The notes below the pieces were generated by a model. That model saw only the letters and a list, made by a program, of their open reading frames with translations, was not told the DNA's origin and ran no database searches. Source: Pelagibacteraceae bacterium AG-464-P07 (GTDB taxonomy: Bacteria > Pseudomonadota > Alphaproteobacteria > Pelagibacterales > Pelagibacteraceae). From it: DNA of 64,000 nt. The position numbers were made by a program, and so were the translations under genes. The number at the start of each line of letters is the position of its first letter. The first letter of the stretch is position 1. Location: positions 35,116 to 99,115 of the forward strand of contig QCSA01000001.1 in assembly GCA_003211695.1 (NCBI GenBank), in the 5' to 3' direction. Shown piece by piece: positions 8,673-20,097 of this stretch.

Positions 8673-9782
8673 ATGACAAAAAACAACTTAAAAATAGTTA
8701 AATCAAATAAAAATCAAGAATTAGAGAACAAAGAGAAAAATAAGGCTTTGGAAGCAGCCATAAACCAAATTGATGATACTTTTGGTAAAGGTTCGGTAAT
8801 GAAGCTAGGTCAACAAACTGTTTTGGATATTGAATCAATATCTACAGGATCACTCAGTTTAGATCTGGCCTTAGGAATAGGGGGTCTACCAAAAGGAAGA
8901 GTAATAGAAATTTATGGACCTGAGGCATCAGGAAAAACTACCTTAGCATTACAAGTAGTTGCTGAAGCACAAAAATCAGAAGGAATTTGTGGATTTATTG
9001 ATGCAGAACACGCACTTGATCCAATATATGCAAAGAAACTAGGAGTTAAAACTGATGAGCTTTTAATTTCACAGCCAGATACTGGTGAACAAGCCTTAGA
9101 AATAGCAGATACCTTAATCAAATCGGGATCTATTTCTGTTCTAGTTATTGACTCCGTTGCTGCATTAACACCACGAGCTGAACTCGAGGGTGAGATGGGC
9201 GACCATCACGTTGGTTTACAATCAAGGTTAATGAGTCAAGCATTGAGAAAACTTACAAGTTCAATTTCGAAAACCAATACGATGGTAATTTTTATAAATC
9301 AAATAAGAATGAAAATTGGTATTATGTTTGGTAACCCAGAAACCACATCTGGTGGAAATGCATTGAAATTTTATTCATCGGTTAGAATGGATATTAGAAG
9401 GATCGGTGCAATAAAAGAAAAAGATCAAATAATTGGTAATTCAACGAGGGTAAAAGTAGTAAAAAACAAAGTATCTCCTCCATTCAAAGTAGTAGAATTT
9501 GATTTAATGTATGGAAAAGGAATCAGCAAAACAGGAGAACTAATAGATCTAGGAGCTAAAGCAGATATCGTAGAGAAGGCAGGTGCTTGGTATGCTTATA
9601 AAGGCGAAAAAATTGGTCAAGGAAGAGAAAACGCAAAGCTTTATTTAGAAAAAAATCCTAAAGTGGCGGCAGAAATTGAAATGGCAATTAGAACTAAAGC
9701 TGGCCTTATTGCAAAAAAAATAGAAGGCAATCCTATAGAAAAGAACGCTGAAACTGAAAAGGGAAATAATAAAAAAGATTAA
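8673..9782 (+). CDS. recA: Recombinase RecA
   Basis: Unmistakable RecA sequence: [37 protein letters not shown]. Confidence 0.97.
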   Translation: MTKNNLKIVKSNKNQELENKEKNKALEAAINQIDDTFGKGSVMKLGQQTVLDIESISTGSLSLDLALGIGGLPKGRVIEIYGPEASGKTTLALQVVAEAQKSEGICGFIDAEHALDPIYAKKLGVKTDELLISQPDTGEQALEIADTLIKSGSISVLVIDSVAALTPRAELEGEMGDHHVGLQSRLMSQALRKLTSSISKTNTMVIFINQIRMKIGIMFGNPETTSGGNALKFYSSVRMDIRRIGAIKEKDQIIGNSTRVKVVKNKVSPPFKVVEFDLMYGKGISKTGELIDLGAKADIVEKAGAWYAYKGEKIGQGRENAKLYLEKNPKVAAEIEMAIRTKAGLIAKKIEGNPIEKNAETEKGNNKKD

Positions 9783-9801
9783 CAAAATAGTCATCTAAAA
9801 C

Positions 9802-9837
9802 AAAGAAAGGTGTTTAATAAAACACCTTTCTTTTGTT
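9802..9837 (+). terminator. Intrinsic terminator after recA
   Basis: 13-bp perfect stem AAAGAAAGGTGTT / AACACCTTTCTTT with a 6-nt loop, followed by a T-rich tail. Confidence 0.7.
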
Positions 9838-9881
9838 CACAGTTATCTAGACATCAAATAAGAAAGCTGTATTTTATAAAT

Positions 9882-12539
9882 ATGGCTAGTAAATCACTAA
9901 ATGACATAAGAAGTGCTTTTTTAAATTATTTTAAAAAAAATGATCATAAAATAGTAGAGTCTAGTAATTTGGTTCCCAATAATGATCCAACCTTAATGTT
10001 TGCTAATTCAGGAATGGTTCAGTTTAAAAATGTATTTACAGGTTTAGAAAAAAGAAAATATTTAAGAGCAACTACTTCACAAAAATGTGTAAGAGCTGGT
10101 GGAAAACATAATGATCTAGAAAATGTTGGATATACACCAAGACACCATACGTTTTTTGAAATGTTAGGAAACTTCTCATTTGGTGATTATTTTAAAGATA
10201 AAGCAATAAGTTTAGCGTGGGATTTAATTACAAAAGAATTTGGCCTTAAAAAAGATAAATTATATGTAACTGTATTTAATGAAGATAATGATGCCTTTAA
10301 TTTATGGAAAAAAATTTCTGGTTTAAGTCAGGACAGAATTATTAAAATTTTTACATCTGATAATTTTTGGTCTATGGGAGAAACTGGTCCTTGTGGACCT
10401 TGTTCAGAAATTTTTTATGATCATGGAGACCACTTAAAAGGAGGGCCTCCTGGAAGCACTAATCAAGATGGAGATAGATTTATTGAAATATGGAATTTGG
10501 TTTTCATGCAATTTGAACAAATATCTAAGGAAAAAAGAATTAATTTGCCAAAACCATCGGTAGATACAGGTATGGGCTTAGAAAGAATTTCAGCTTTATT
10601 ACAAGGCACTCATGATAATTATCAAACAGACCATTTTAAAAAATTAATAAGCTCAACTTCTGAAATTTTAAAAATAAAAGTAGATAAAGAAAATATAGCA
10701 AGTTTTAGAGTTATTTCTGATCATTTAAGAGCAAGTTCTTTTTTAATTGCAGAAGGAGTTTTACCTTCTAATGAGGGAAGGGGTTATGTTTTAAGAAGAA
10801 TTATGAGAAGAGGTATGAGGCATTCTCATTTATTAGGTTCTCAAGAACCAATTTTTTATAAAATTTTAAAAACTTTAATTAATGAGATGTCTTCAAGTTA
10901 TCCTGAATTATTAAGAGCCGAGGCACTTATTTCTGAAACTTTAAAAACGGAAGAAGAAAAATTTTTAGTACTTCTTGAAAGAGGCATGGATATTCTCGAG
11001 GAGGAAACAAAAAAAGTTAAAGATGTATTACCAGGTGATGTTGCTTTTAAATTATATGATACCTATGGATTTCCATTAGACCTTACCCAAGATGTTCTAA
11101 GAAACAAATCTATAAAAGTTGACACCAAGTCATTTGATCAATTAATGGTCAAGAGAAGGGAGGATGCTAAAAAAAATTGGAAAGGCTCTGGCGACCGTGC
11201 TGTTGAACATATCTGGTTTAATATTAGAGAAAAATTGGAACCTACAGATTTTTTGGGATATGAAACTGATAATTCACAAGGTGTGGTTCTTTCTATCATT
11301 CATGAAGGAAAAGAAATTGACATTTTAAATGAAGGCAAAGAAGGCATAATAATTACAAACCAAACTCCTTTTTATGGGGAGTCAGGGGGTCAAATAGGAG
11401 ATACAGGTTTTCTTTTTGGCTCAAAAACTCGGTTTGAAGTAACAGATACTCAAAAAAAATTAGGAAATCTCCATATTCATATTGGTAAACTAATTAAAGG
11501 ATCAATATTAAAAGGAGATACTTTAGATTTAAAAATAGACTCAGAAAGAAGATCAAATATTAGAGCATATCATTCAGCAACACACTTATTAAATGAGGCA
11601 TTAAGAAGAGTATTAGGAAAACATGTAACCCAAAAAGGTTCATTTGTAGGACCAGATAGACTTCGATTTGATTTTAGCCATATGAAACCAATTTCAAAAG
11701 ATGAAGTAAATAAAATTGAAAACTATGTTAATTCAATGGTTGAGTCGAAAGGAGATGTTCGTACCAGATTAATGACACACAAAGAAGCAGTTGCAAATGG
11801 AGCCCTAGCTATATTTGGAGAAAAATATGGTGACGAAGTAAGGGTATTATCAATGGGTAATGATAAAGACACATATTTTTCAACAGAATTATGTGGTGGA
11901 ACTCACGTTAGAAATACATCTGAAATAGGTAATTTTAAAATAGTAAGTCAATCAGCAATTGCTGCTGGAGTAAGAAGAGTAGAGGCTTTGAGATCTTCAC
12001 AATTAACTGATTATTTAAACTCAAAAAAATTTGATCAAGAAAACAAAGACAAAAAATTACAAGAAAATATTAATCAAATTAAAAATCAAATTAAATCTCT
12101 TGGGGGAGAAATCATTCAAGATGAGCAAGATTTAAATAAATTAAAAAATCAGTATGAAAAATTATTAATAGATAGCATTTTAAAAGATAAAAACAAAAAT
12201 CAAGTTAAAGATGAAATTGTTAAAAAAATCAAAATTAGATTCCAGAAAATACAAGAATTTCCCACAAAAGAACTTAGATCAATAATTGATCAAGGAAAAA
12301 AGGATCTTAAAGAAGGAATTATAATAGCTTATGCAATACAAGAAAAGAAATTAGGAATTGCAATTGGAGTTACAAAAGAACTTTCCAAAAAATATAGTGC
12401 TGTAGACCTAGTTAAAATTGGATCTTCTGTATTAGGTGGAAAAGGAGGTGGTGGAAGAAATGATTTTGCTCAAGCAGGAGGAGAGAACATAGAAAAGATT
12501 GAAGAATCCTATAAAGAAATTTTAAAAAAAATTAATTAA
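9882..12539 (+). CDS. alaS: Alanine-tRNA ligase
   Basis: FTNAGMVQFK-like motif ([13 protein letters not shown]), [17 protein letters not shown] and the editing-domain HSATHLL. The ATG at 9882 is preferred because the ORF-track start at 9810 lies inside the recA terminator. Confidence 0.95.
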   Translation: MASKSLNDIRSAFLNYFKKNDHKIVESSNLVPNNDPTLMFANSGMVQFKNVFTGLEKRKYLRATTSQKCVRAGGKHNDLENVGYTPRHHTFFEMLGNFSFGDYFKDKAISLAWDLITKEFGLKKDKLYVTVFNEDNDAFNLWKKISGLSQDRIIKIFTSDNFWSMGETGPCGPCSEIFYDHGDHLKGGPPGSTNQDGDRFIEIWNLVFMQFEQISKEKRINLPKPSVDTGMGLERISALLQGTHDNYQTDHFKKLISSTSEILKIKVDKENIASFRVISDHLRASSFLIAEGVLPSNEGRGYVLRRIMRRGMRHSHLLGSQEPIFYKILKTLINEMSSSYPELLRAEALISETLKTEEEKFLVLLERGMDILEEETKKVKDVLPGDVAFKLYDTYGFPLDLTQDVLRNKSIKVDTKSFDQLMVKRREDAKKNWKGSGDRAVEHIWFNIREKLEPTDFLGYETDNSQGVVLSIIHEGKEIDILNEGKEGIIITNQTPFYGESGGQIGDTGFLFGSKTRFEVTDTQKKLGNLHIHIGKLIKGSILKGDTLDLKIDSERRSNIRAYHSATHLLNEALRRVLGKHVTQKGSFVGPDRLRFDFSHMKPISKDEVNKIENYVNSMVESKGDVRTRLMTHKEAVANGALAIFGEKYGDEVRVLSMGNDKDTYFSTELCGGTHVRNTSEIGNFKIVSQSAIAAGVRRVEALRSSQLTDYLNSKKFDQENKDKKLQENINQIKNQIKSLGGEIIQDEQDLNKLKNQYEKLLIDSILKDKNKNQVKDEIVKKIKIRFQKIQEFPTKELRSIIDQGKKDLKEGIIIAYAIQEKKLGIAIGVTKELSKKYSAVDLVKIGSSVLGGKGGGGRNDFAQAGGENIEKIEESYKEILKKIN

Positions 12540-13746
12540 ACGCTTTCTTTAGCGTACCATTAATTTCTTCTAAAAATTGATTGGTAGTCAGGTATTTATT
12601 AGTAGGGCTTATTAGTATTGCTAAATCTTTTGTCATTGATCCTTTTGCAACGGTTGCTATACAAACCTTTTCTAAAGATGTGCTAAAATCAATTAATTTT
12701 TGGTTTGAATCTAATTTTCCACGGTGCGCTAATCCTCTTGACCAGGCAAATATTGAAGCAATAGGATTGGTTGAAGTTTCTTTTCCCTGCTGATGCATCC
12801 TATAATGCCTAGTCACAGTGCCATGGGCAGCTTCAGATTCCATCGTCTTACCGTCAGGAGTTAATAATACACTGGTCATTAATCCCAAAGATCCATATCC
12901 TTGTGCAACTATATCCGATTGAACATCACCATCATAATTTTTACATGCCCAAATATATTTTCCACTCCATTTCATTGCACATGCGACCATGTCATCGACA
13001 AGTTTGTGTTCGTAAGTAATATTGTTTTTTTTAAACTTAGTTTTGAATTCATCATCAAATACTTTTTGAAATATATCTTTAAACCTTCCATCATAAGTTT
13101 TTAAAATTGTATTTTTAGTAGAGAAATAAACTGGCCATTTTTTTATTAAACCATAATTAAAACAAGATCTTGCAAAGTCCTCAATAGATTTATCTAAGTT
13201 ATACATCGATAAAGCTATTCCTGGACCAGGAAAGTTAAAGACTTCATATTTTTTTTCATCTTTTTTATCTTCAGAGGTCCATTTAATTTCTAATTTTCCC
13301 TTTCCTGGAACTAAAAAATCTGTTGCTCTATATTGATCTCCAAAAGCATGCCTTCCAATAATTAGTGGATCAGTCCAAGATGGAACAAGTTTTGGAATAT
13401 TTTTACATATTATTGGTTCTCTAAACACAGTTCCCCCAATAATGTTTCTGATAGTTCCATTTGGTGAGCGCCACATTTTTTTTAAATTAAATTCTTTTAC
13501 TCGCGCATCATCAGGAGTAATTGTTGCACACTTAATTCCCACACCAATTTTTTTTATTGCATTGGCACTATCTATAGTTACTTTATCAGCAGTTTTGTCT
13601 CTATTTTGAATACTTAAATCGTAGCTTTCAATTTTTAAATCTAAGTAAGGTAAAATAAGTTTTTTCTTAATAAAATCCCAAATAACCCTAGTCATTTCAT
13701 CACCACTTAGGTCTACAATCGGATTATTTACTTGAATTTTACTCAT
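12532..13746 (-). CDS. icd: NADP-dependent isocitrate dehydrogenase (eukaryote-like homodimeric type, about 404 aa)
   Basis: [27 protein letters not shown] and [11 protein letters not shown] motifs. Confidence 0.93.
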   Translation of the reverse strand: MSKIQVNNPIVDLSGDEMTRVIWDFIKKKLILPYLDLKIESYDLSIQNRDKTADKVTIDSANAIKKIGVGIKCATITPDDARVKEFNLKKMWRSPNGTIRNIIGGTVFREPIICKNIPKLVPSWTDPLIIGRHAFGDQYRATDFLVPGKGKLEIKWTSEDKKDEKKYEVFNFPGPGIALSMYNLDKSIEDFARSCFNYGLIKKWPVYFSTKNTILKTYDGRFKDIFQKVFDDEFKTKFKKNNITYEHKLVDDMVACAMKWSGKYIWACKNYDGDVQSDIVAQGYGSLGLMTSVLLTPDGKTMESEAAHGTVTRHYRMHQQGKETSTNPIASIFAWSRGLAHRGKLDSNQKLIDFSTSLEKVCIATVAKGSMTKDLAILISPTNKYLTTNQFLEEINGTLKKAFN

Positions 13747-13822
13747 TTAATTTAATCAATTTTAACAATTGAAATTAATTGGTTTTTATACATATTAACC
13801 TAAAATTATCAATTAGAGTAAT

Positions 13823-14488
13823 ATGAAAGTTGGAACACAAATAATTGACGCAGTATTTCAAAAAATTCACAATGAAGGTTATAAATTCATTGCCATTTCT
13901 ATTTTAGTTACCTTCATTTTATTATTAATTTCAAAATTCCTAGGTTTTATAGGAATATTAATTACCATTTGGGTTTATTATTTTTTTAGAGATCCAGATA
14001 GAGTTTCAATTGATGACCAAGACTATTTAGTAAGTCCAGCTGATGGACTAATTACTCAAATAGTAGAAACCAATGGACCAAAAGAATTTTCTTTGGAAAA
14101 CAAAAAATTTACTCGCGTTAGTATTTTTATGAGTGTTTTCAAATGCCATGTTAACAGATCACCCGTACTTGCAACAATAGAAGATATGTTTTATATCCCT
14201 GGAAAATTTTTAAATGCCACACTTGATAAAGCAAGCGAAGATAATGAAAGAAATTTAATTAAATTTAAAACCAACAGTGGAAATGAAATTATAGTTGTTC
14301 AAATAGCTGGTTTAATTGCTAGAAGAATAATTTGTGAATGCAGCAAATCCCAAACGCTACAACAGGGTGAAAAAATTGGCATGATAAGATTTGGTAGCAG
14401 AGTTGATATTTATTTTAATAATTATAAAAATTTAGTAAAACAAAATCAAACAACAGTTGCTGGAGAAACATTAATTGCTAAGAAATAA
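13823..14488 (+). CDS. psd: Phosphatidylserine decarboxylase proenzyme (short form)
   Basis: N-terminal TM segment, and FGSRVD (Gly-Ser self-cleavage site) near the C-terminus. Adjacent to pssA. Confidence 0.85.
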   Translation: MKVGTQIIDAVFQKIHNEGYKFIAISILVTFILLLISKFLGFIGILITIWVYYFFRDPDRVSIDDQDYLVSPADGLITQIVETNGPKEFSLENKKFTRVSIFMSVFKCHVNRSPVLATIEDMFYIPGKFLNATLDKASEDNERNLIKFKTNSGNEIIVVQIAGLIARRIICECSKSQTLQQGEKIGMIRFGSRVDIYFNNYKNLVKQNQTTVAGETLIAKK

Positions 14489-14493
14489 ATTAT

Positions 14494-15300
14494 ATGATCG
14501 AAAATAAAAAAAGTTTTGAGATTGTTTCTAATAAAAATCCTAGGATACTATTGCCAAACACATTAACTATCATCGGTGTTTGTATAGGTTTAAGTTCAAT
14601 TAAATTTGCTTTGGATCAAAATTATGGCCTGTCGATAATTGCCTTACTAATTTCTGGTATACTGGACACGTTGGATGGAAGAATTGCAAGATTAATCAAA
14701 GGTACATCAAAAGTTGGCAAAGAACTAGATTCGCTAACCGATATTGTTAGTTTTGGTGTAGCTCCAGCTTTTATAATGTATTTTTGGACGTTAAATGAAC
14801 TTGGAAAATTGGGATGGTTAATTGTCTTAATTTATGTTGTTTGTTGTGCATTAAGATTAGCACGATTTAATATTACGACTTATAGAGATGATTTTTTGTG
14901 GAAGCAAAATTTTTTTGAAGGAGTTCCTTCTCCTGGAGGTGCGGGCTTGGTGATGTTGCCATTAGTTTTATTTAAATCAGAAATATATAACTTTGATCAA
15001 TATAAACTATTAATTGTTTCAACAATTTTTATTATTACTTCAATTTTATTGATTAGCAAAATTCCGACTTATTCTTTTAAACGTATAGCGATTCCAAGAA
15101 GTACCACAATTTTTTTGTTGTTTGGTATTGGTTTATATTTTGGACTAGTATTTGTTTATACTTTCGAAGTTCTTTTTATTACAGGAGTTGTTTATCTTTG
15201 CACGATTCCTATTAGCTATCTTCATTTTCGAAAACTTAATAGCAAAGAGAAGATTTTAAAACAAACTCAAGATATTGATGAAACAGAGGACGTTCTTTAA
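14494..15300 (+). CDS. pssA: CDP-diacylglycerol-serine O-phosphatidyltransferase
   Basis: CDP-alcohol phosphatidyltransferase motif DTLDGRIAR...G.ELDSLTD and multiple TM helices. Confidence 0.85.
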   Translation: MIENKKSFEIVSNKNPRILLPNTLTIIGVCIGLSSIKFALDQNYGLSIIALLISGILDTLDGRIARLIKGTSKVGKELDSLTDIVSFGVAPAFIMYFWTLNELGKLGWLIVLIYVVCCALRLARFNITTYRDDFLWKQNFFEGVPSPGGAGLVMLPLVLFKSEIYNFDQYKLLIVSTIFIITSILLISKIPTYSFKRIAIPRSTTIFLLFGIGLYFGLVFVYTFEVLFITGVVYLCTIPISYLHFRKLNSKEKILKQTQDIDETEDVL

Positions 15301-15302
15301 GA

Positions 15303-16217
15303 ATGAAGTCGCAAGCAATTGTAACTCTTGCGGATTCAAATTATTTTGATCTATTACTTGAACTAATTTCTTCAATAAGACAATTTGAACAAAGTAAAAA
15401 TATTTCTATTTGTGTTCTTGATGCAGGTCTAAAGGATGATCAAATTCAAGAATTAAATAATAAAGTTGAAATAATAAAAAAAGCAAATTGGGATATTGAG
15501 GTTCCAAAATTTAAAATTTTGGGCAAAGAATGGCTAAAAAGTCAAGTCTCAAGAGCTTTTTTACCAAACTATTTTCCTGACTTTGAAAAATATTTATGGA
15601 TAGATTGTGATGCTTGGGTGAGTACCTGGGAGTGTGTTGATCTATATTTTAAGGCTTGTGAAAAAGGAAAAATTGGCATTACTCAAACAATTGGAGCAGG
15701 ATATAAAGTTTTAACGAGAGTAAAGTGGATTTTGGGAAGTCTAGCTGCGATAAAATCTCAAAACTATAAACATGCTAAAAAATCAGGTTTTTCAGAAACT
15801 ATTGCAAGAAAAATTGCTTTTGCTCCACATTTAAATATTGGAGTTTTTTCTTTAGAGCAAGATTCTAAATGCTGGAAAATTTGGCAGGAAAATTTAAAAA
15901 AAACTTTAAAAACTGGAAATATTTTTGGATCAGAGGGATTAGCGATGAACATAAGTGTCTATGTAGATGATGTTAAAGCAGAATTTTTGCCATTATCATG
16001 CAACTGGATAGCAAGTAATGTATTGCCAAAATATGATCAAGAATCAAAAAGTTTTGTAGAACCCTATCTTCCAAATACAAAAATTGGCATAATGCATCTT
16101 GCCGCTGGTATTTGGAATGACAACAGAGACATGAGAGTAAATAAAGATATAAAGATTCCAATTGAAACTACGCGGGGAAACAAAATTCTTAAAAGTCTTA
16201 GATACGGTATTATTTAG
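15303..16217 (+). CDS. Putative nucleotide-sugar glycosyltransferase (GT8-like, DxD)
   Basis: LADSNYFDLL at the N-terminus and WIDCDAW DxD-like motif. The family assignment is weak. Confidence 0.4.
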   Translation: MKSQAIVTLADSNYFDLLLELISSIRQFEQSKNISICVLDAGLKDDQIQELNNKVEIIKKANWDIEVPKFKILGKEWLKSQVSRAFLPNYFPDFEKYLWIDCDAWVSTWECVDLYFKACEKGKIGITQTIGAGYKVLTRVKWILGSLAAIKSQNYKHAKKSGFSETIARKIAFAPHLNIGVFSLEQDSKCWKIWQENLKKTLKTGNIFGSEGLAMNISVYVDDVKAEFLPLSCNWIASNVLPKYDQESKSFVEPYLPNTKIGIMHLAAGIWNDNRDMRVNKDIKIPIETTRGNKILKSLRYGII

Positions 16218-16841
16218 TTGAAAAAGAATAAAATTTCTAAAAATTGGATAAATAAACAAAATAGAGATATTTATGTAAGAGATTCTAGGGATCAAGGTTA
16301 TAGGTCTAGATCAGCATTTAAATTAATTGAAATTGATCAAAGGTTTCATTTTTTATCTAAATCTAGGACTCTTCTTGACTTAGGATCTGTACCAGGAAGT
16401 TGGTCGCAAGTTGCTTCCAAAAAAATTAAAGGTGGAAAAATTTTATCTGTGGATATAAAAGAAATGTTACCAATAAGTAATACCATATTTTTAAAGGGAG
16501 ATTTTACTAAATTAGAAACTCAAAACAAAATTAAGAAATTTTTTAATACAAGAATAGATACAGTGGTTTCTGACATGGCATCTAATACCACGGGTAATAA
16601 AGAGCTTGATTCTTTAAAAACTGGAAATTTATGTTTAAATACAATAGAATTTTCAAGAAAAATTTTAAAGACCAATGCATATTTTGTATCTAAAATTTTT
16701 ATGGGTGCTATTTTTAATGAGATTCAAATTCGCGCAAAGGAAATATTTAAAGAGGTACTGATTTTTAAACCAAAATCAAGTCGAAAAGAATCTAAGGAAA
16801 TTTATATTTTCTGTAGAAATTTAAGGATTTCAAATGATTAG
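16218..16841 (+). CDS. rlmE: 23S rRNA (U2552-2'-O)-methyltransferase RlmE/FtsJ
   Basis: GYRSRSAFKLIEID, LDLGSVPGSWSQV and VVSDMASNTTG motifs. TTG start immediately after the upstream stop. Confidence 0.85.
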   Translation: MKKNKISKNWINKQNRDIYVRDSRDQGYRSRSAFKLIEIDQRFHFLSKSRTLLDLGSVPGSWSQVASKKIKGGKILSVDIKEMLPISNTIFLKGDFTKLETQNKIKKFFNTRIDTVVSDMASNTTGNKELDSLKTGNLCLNTIEFSRKILKTNAYFVSKIFMGAIFNEIQIRAKEIFKEVLIFKPKSSRKESKEIYIFCRNLRISND

Positions 16842-17277
16842 GCTGTTTGTTTTACAAATGTTGATTATTTTTTTATTTTTATCAAATAATTCTATCGCTT
16901 CTAATCAAAATATTTTTGAGGATGCAAAAATATATTTTGAGAAAAAAGATTATAGTCAGTCAAAATTTTTGTTTCAAAAATTTTTAGTATTTAATCCAAA
17001 AGATTATTTATCATATTTGTATTTGGCAAAAATATATAAAGAAGAAGATAATAAAAAAGAAACAGAAAAAAATTTAAATACTACTTTGCTATTGAATCCA
17101 AAAAATGAAGAAGCTCTTTTTATGTTAATTGAACTACAATTAGAAAGATCAAATTTTTTAATGGCAAAAAAATTAAATGAAAAGTTTTCATTAATTTGTT
17201 CAAAGTTATGTAATAATAAAAGTATTATTGTTGAAAAAATTAAAAATCTTGAACCAAAAAAAGTCACACAGCACTAA
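16834..17277 (+). CDS. Secreted TPR-repeat protein
   Basis: N-terminal signal-like hydrophobic segment and TPR-like helical repeats (AKIYFEKKDYSQSKFLFQKFLVFNPKD...). Confidence 0.45.
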   Translation: MIRLFVLQMLIIFLFLSNNSIASNQNIFEDAKIYFEKKDYSQSKFLFQKFLVFNPKDYLSYLYLAKIYKEEDNKKETEKNLNTTLLLNPKNEEALFMLIELQLERSNFLMAKKLNEKFSLICSKLCNNKSIIVEKIKNLEPKKVTQH

Positions 17278-17296
17278 AAAAAATTCATTATTTATA

Positions 17297-18076
17297 ATGA
17301 AAAATAAAAAAATCAGAAAAATTCTTAAAAGAAAAAATAAAAATCCAATTGTTTGTCTTACAGCATATTCAAAAACGATTGCAGAAATTTTAGATAAGCA
17401 TTGCGATATAGTTCTGGTCGGAGATTCTCTCGGTATGGTTTTGTATGGAATGAAATCTACAAGAGAAGTTACTCTTGATATGATAATTAACCATGCAAAG
17501 AGTGTAAAAAAGGGTATTTACAAAAGTATTTTAGTTATCGATATGCCATACCATACGTATAGAAATAAGAAAGAAGCATACAAAAATGCAAAAAAAATAA
17601 TCAAATCAACTAAGTGTGATGCTTTAAAATTAGAAGGAGGAAAAAAAATTATAAATGTCATTAAATATTTAATTAAAAAGGATATTTCTGTTATGGGTCA
17701 TGTAGGTTTGTTGCCACAATCTGAAAAGGGCAAATTCAAATTTAAAGGAAGAAGTTCAGTTGAAAGGAAAAGAATTATTGAAGATGCAAGATTATTATCT
17801 AATGCTGGAGTGTTTGCAATCGTGATAGAATGTGTTGAAGAGAGTTTAGCTAAAATTATATCAAAATCTATTCCTGTTCCTACTATTGGCATTGGCGCAT
17901 CTAAATATTGTGACGGGCAAATTTTAGTCACCGATGATTTGTTGGGGTTGAGCAATTTTGCACCAAAATTTATAAGAAAATATTCTAATTTAAAAAAAAT
18001 AATAAATAAAAGTGTTTTAAGATTTAGACACGATGTTATAAACAAAAACTTTCCAAGTAGAAGGAATATATATTAA
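17297..18076 (+). CDS. panB: 3-methyl-2-oxobutanoate hydroxymethyltransferase
   Basis: CLTAYS, VLVGDSLGMV, DMPY, KLEGG and MGHVGLLPQS motifs. The ATG at 17297 is preferred to the upstream ORF-track start. Confidence 0.9.
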   Translation: MKNKKIRKILKRKNKNPIVCLTAYSKTIAEILDKHCDIVLVGDSLGMVLYGMKSTREVTLDMIINHAKSVKKGIYKSILVIDMPYHTYRNKKEAYKNAKKIIKSTKCDALKLEGGKKIINVIKYLIKKDISVMGHVGLLPQSEKGKFKFKGRSSVERKRIIEDARLLSNAGVFAIVIECVEESLAKIISKSIPVPTIGIGASKYCDGQILVTDDLLGLSNFAPKFIRKYSNLKKIINKSVLRFRHDVINKNFPSRRNIY

Positions 18077-18090
18077 TCTTTTAAAACTTT

Positions 18091-18735
18091 ATGAATGAAG
18101 ATTTAGCTATAATTGCAAAAAATGCTAGAAGGGAAGAAATAAAAAATTTTTTTATTAAACATAAAAAAAAATTATATTTTTTGGTGAGCTTAATATTATT
18201 AACTATTTTCTCAATTTTTTTTTATTTAGATAATGTTAAAAAACAAAAAGCTGAAATTGCTAATAAATTTATAAAAACATCGTTAAATTATAATTTAAAA
18301 CAAGAAGCATATTATCTAAAAGAATTTAATGAAATAATTAATACCCATGATTCAATATATGCTCCTCTGGCACTCTTTTTTTTAATAGATAATAAAATTT
18401 TAAAATCAAATGAAGAAATAAATTATTTATTTGATCAAGTACTTAATAAAGCCAATCTAGAAAAAGAAATCAAAAATCTAGTGATTTATAAAAAAGCGCT
18501 TATTAATGCTGATTTTCAATCGGAAAATATAATGATAGAGATTTTAAAACCAGTAATTAATTCTGAAAGCTTTTGGAAACCTCACTCTCTGTTATTACTA
18601 GGAGATTATTTTTTATTTAAAGGAGAAAAACAAAAAGCCAGAGATTTTTATTTTCAAATTTTAACATCCCAAAAAACCAATGAAAATATTTTTAACCAAG
18701 CTCAACAAAGAATTCTGAGAAGCAATGGTGAATAA
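18091..18735 (+). CDS. YfgM-like single-pass membrane protein with TPR-like domain
   Basis: N-terminal TM helix followed by a helical domain. It occupies the position directly upstream of bamB that YfgM-family genes hold in proteobacteria. Confidence 0.45.
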   Translation: MNEDLAIIAKNARREEIKNFFIKHKKKLYFLVSLILLTIFSIFFYLDNVKKQKAEIANKFIKTSLNYNLKQEAYYLKEFNEIINTHDSIYAPLALFFLIDNKILKSNEEINYLFDQVLNKANLEKEIKNLVIYKKALINADFQSENIMIEILKPVINSESFWKPHSLLLLGDYFLFKGEKQKARDFYFQILTSQKTNENIFNQAQQRILRSNGE

Positions 18736-20051
18736 AGTTTTTAGATCTATTTTAATATTTTTTTTATCGATTATTCTCTTCGAATGTTCTTTTGATGACA
18801 AAACTGGTATATGGATAGATAAACCAAAACTGAAAGCTGCTAATACTTTACTCATAAAATTATCTGATGAGCAAAATAAATTTCAAAAGGAGCTTAATCC
18901 TGAATTAACAATTAATTTTAATTCTCAAGCAAAAACAAATAAAAAATGGATAATGTCAGGATTAAATTATTCAAATCTTACTTATCATTTAAGGTTTGAT
19001 GGTCAGATTGACAAATTTTCTAAATATAAATTTAAAACAATTCAACATAGCACAATTAAAGAGAATCCATTAATTGTAGAAAAAAATTATTTTATTGTTA
19101 TTGCAGAGAAAGGTTCAATTTTAAAATTTGTTAACAGAGGAAAACTGCAGTGGAGTAGAAATGTTTATAGCAAAAAAGAGAAAAAGAAAATTGAAAGTAT
19201 TTCCCTAGCTCTCTCTAAAGGTAATCTGTATGCCATAGATAATTTGGGAAAATACTATGCAATAAATGTGGATACTGGTGAAATAATTTGGGTTAAACGA
19301 CATGATGCGTTGTTTAATTCTCAAATAAAAGTCTACAAGGGCAAAATATATGCAGTTGATAGCAACAATATGATTAATTGTTTTTTCTACAACTGACGGA
19401 AAGCGAATATGGAAATTTGAAACACCTTCCACATTTATAAAAACAAATAAAAAAGTTTCAATTATTATAACCCCTAGTTCAGTTTTATTTTCAAATACAG
19501 CGGGTGATATTGCAAAAGCAAATATAAATAATGGTGAATTAAATTGGTTTATACCAACTCAAAACACCTTAATCCAACACGAAACAGATTTTTTAGAAAC
19601 ATCAGATATTGTTTTGTTTAAAAAAAATATATTTTTTTCAAATAATTTTTCAAAATTATTTTCTCTGAACGTAGATTCTGGAATATTAAATTGGATACTA
19701 AATATTAATTCAAACTTAAGGCCCATTCTAATAGATAATTTCTTATTTACTATATCGCAAGAAGGTTACTTGATAGTGATTGATAGTATTAAAGGAAAAA
19801 TTATCAGATCAAATTACATTTTTGATAAATTTAAAACAAAACAAAGAAAGAAATTATTTATGCAAGGTTTTTTAATTGCCTCAGATAAAGTATATATAAC
19901 AACTAATCTTGGTTATTTAATAATCTGCTCTGTTAGCACAGGCAAAGTTGAAACGGTGACCAAACTTAGCAACTCCCAATTATCTGAGCCTATAATAAGT
20001 AACAATCATCTATATGTTTTAACCAATAAATCATTACTTATCTCCAATTAA
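18725..20051 (+). pseudogene. bamB: bamB-like outer-membrane assembly beta-propeller lipoprotein, interrupted by a +1-nt frameshift in a T6 run (19381-19386)
   Basis: ORF 18725-19396 (frame 2) and the open frame from 19374 to 20051 (frame 0) both carry repeated blade motifs: AINVDTGEIIW, (C)FSTTDGKRIWKF, ANINNGELNW, LNVDSGILNW. Removing one T restores ...NMINCFSTTDGKRIWKFET... Confidence 0.7.
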
Positions 20052-20097
20052 AAAATATATTTCTTTAAATATATATCCTTAAATGTAAATTAATTTA

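Noticed and set aside
9810-9881. N-terminal extensions in the ORF track for alaS (9810), panB (17228), mtkA (36955), mgsA (27902), tdm (42066), tmoX (42161), the MORN protein (43201), GATase1 (51097), the GS-like ligase (29380) and umuC (6671).
   Set aside because: - The extensions run into terminators or upstream genes, or use TTG/GTG starts.
- Internal ATGs give canonical N-termini (MCGIAG, MDIHEYQAKK and others).
- Several of those internal ATGs have better Shine-Dalgarno sequences.
16834-18735. Treating the TPR protein (16834-17277) and the YfgM-like protein (18091-18735) as parts of a novel system with bamB.
   Set aside because: The arrangement YfgM-like then bamB is common in proteobacteria, and the TPR protein is separated from them by panB. 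This is ordinary envelope housekeeping context.
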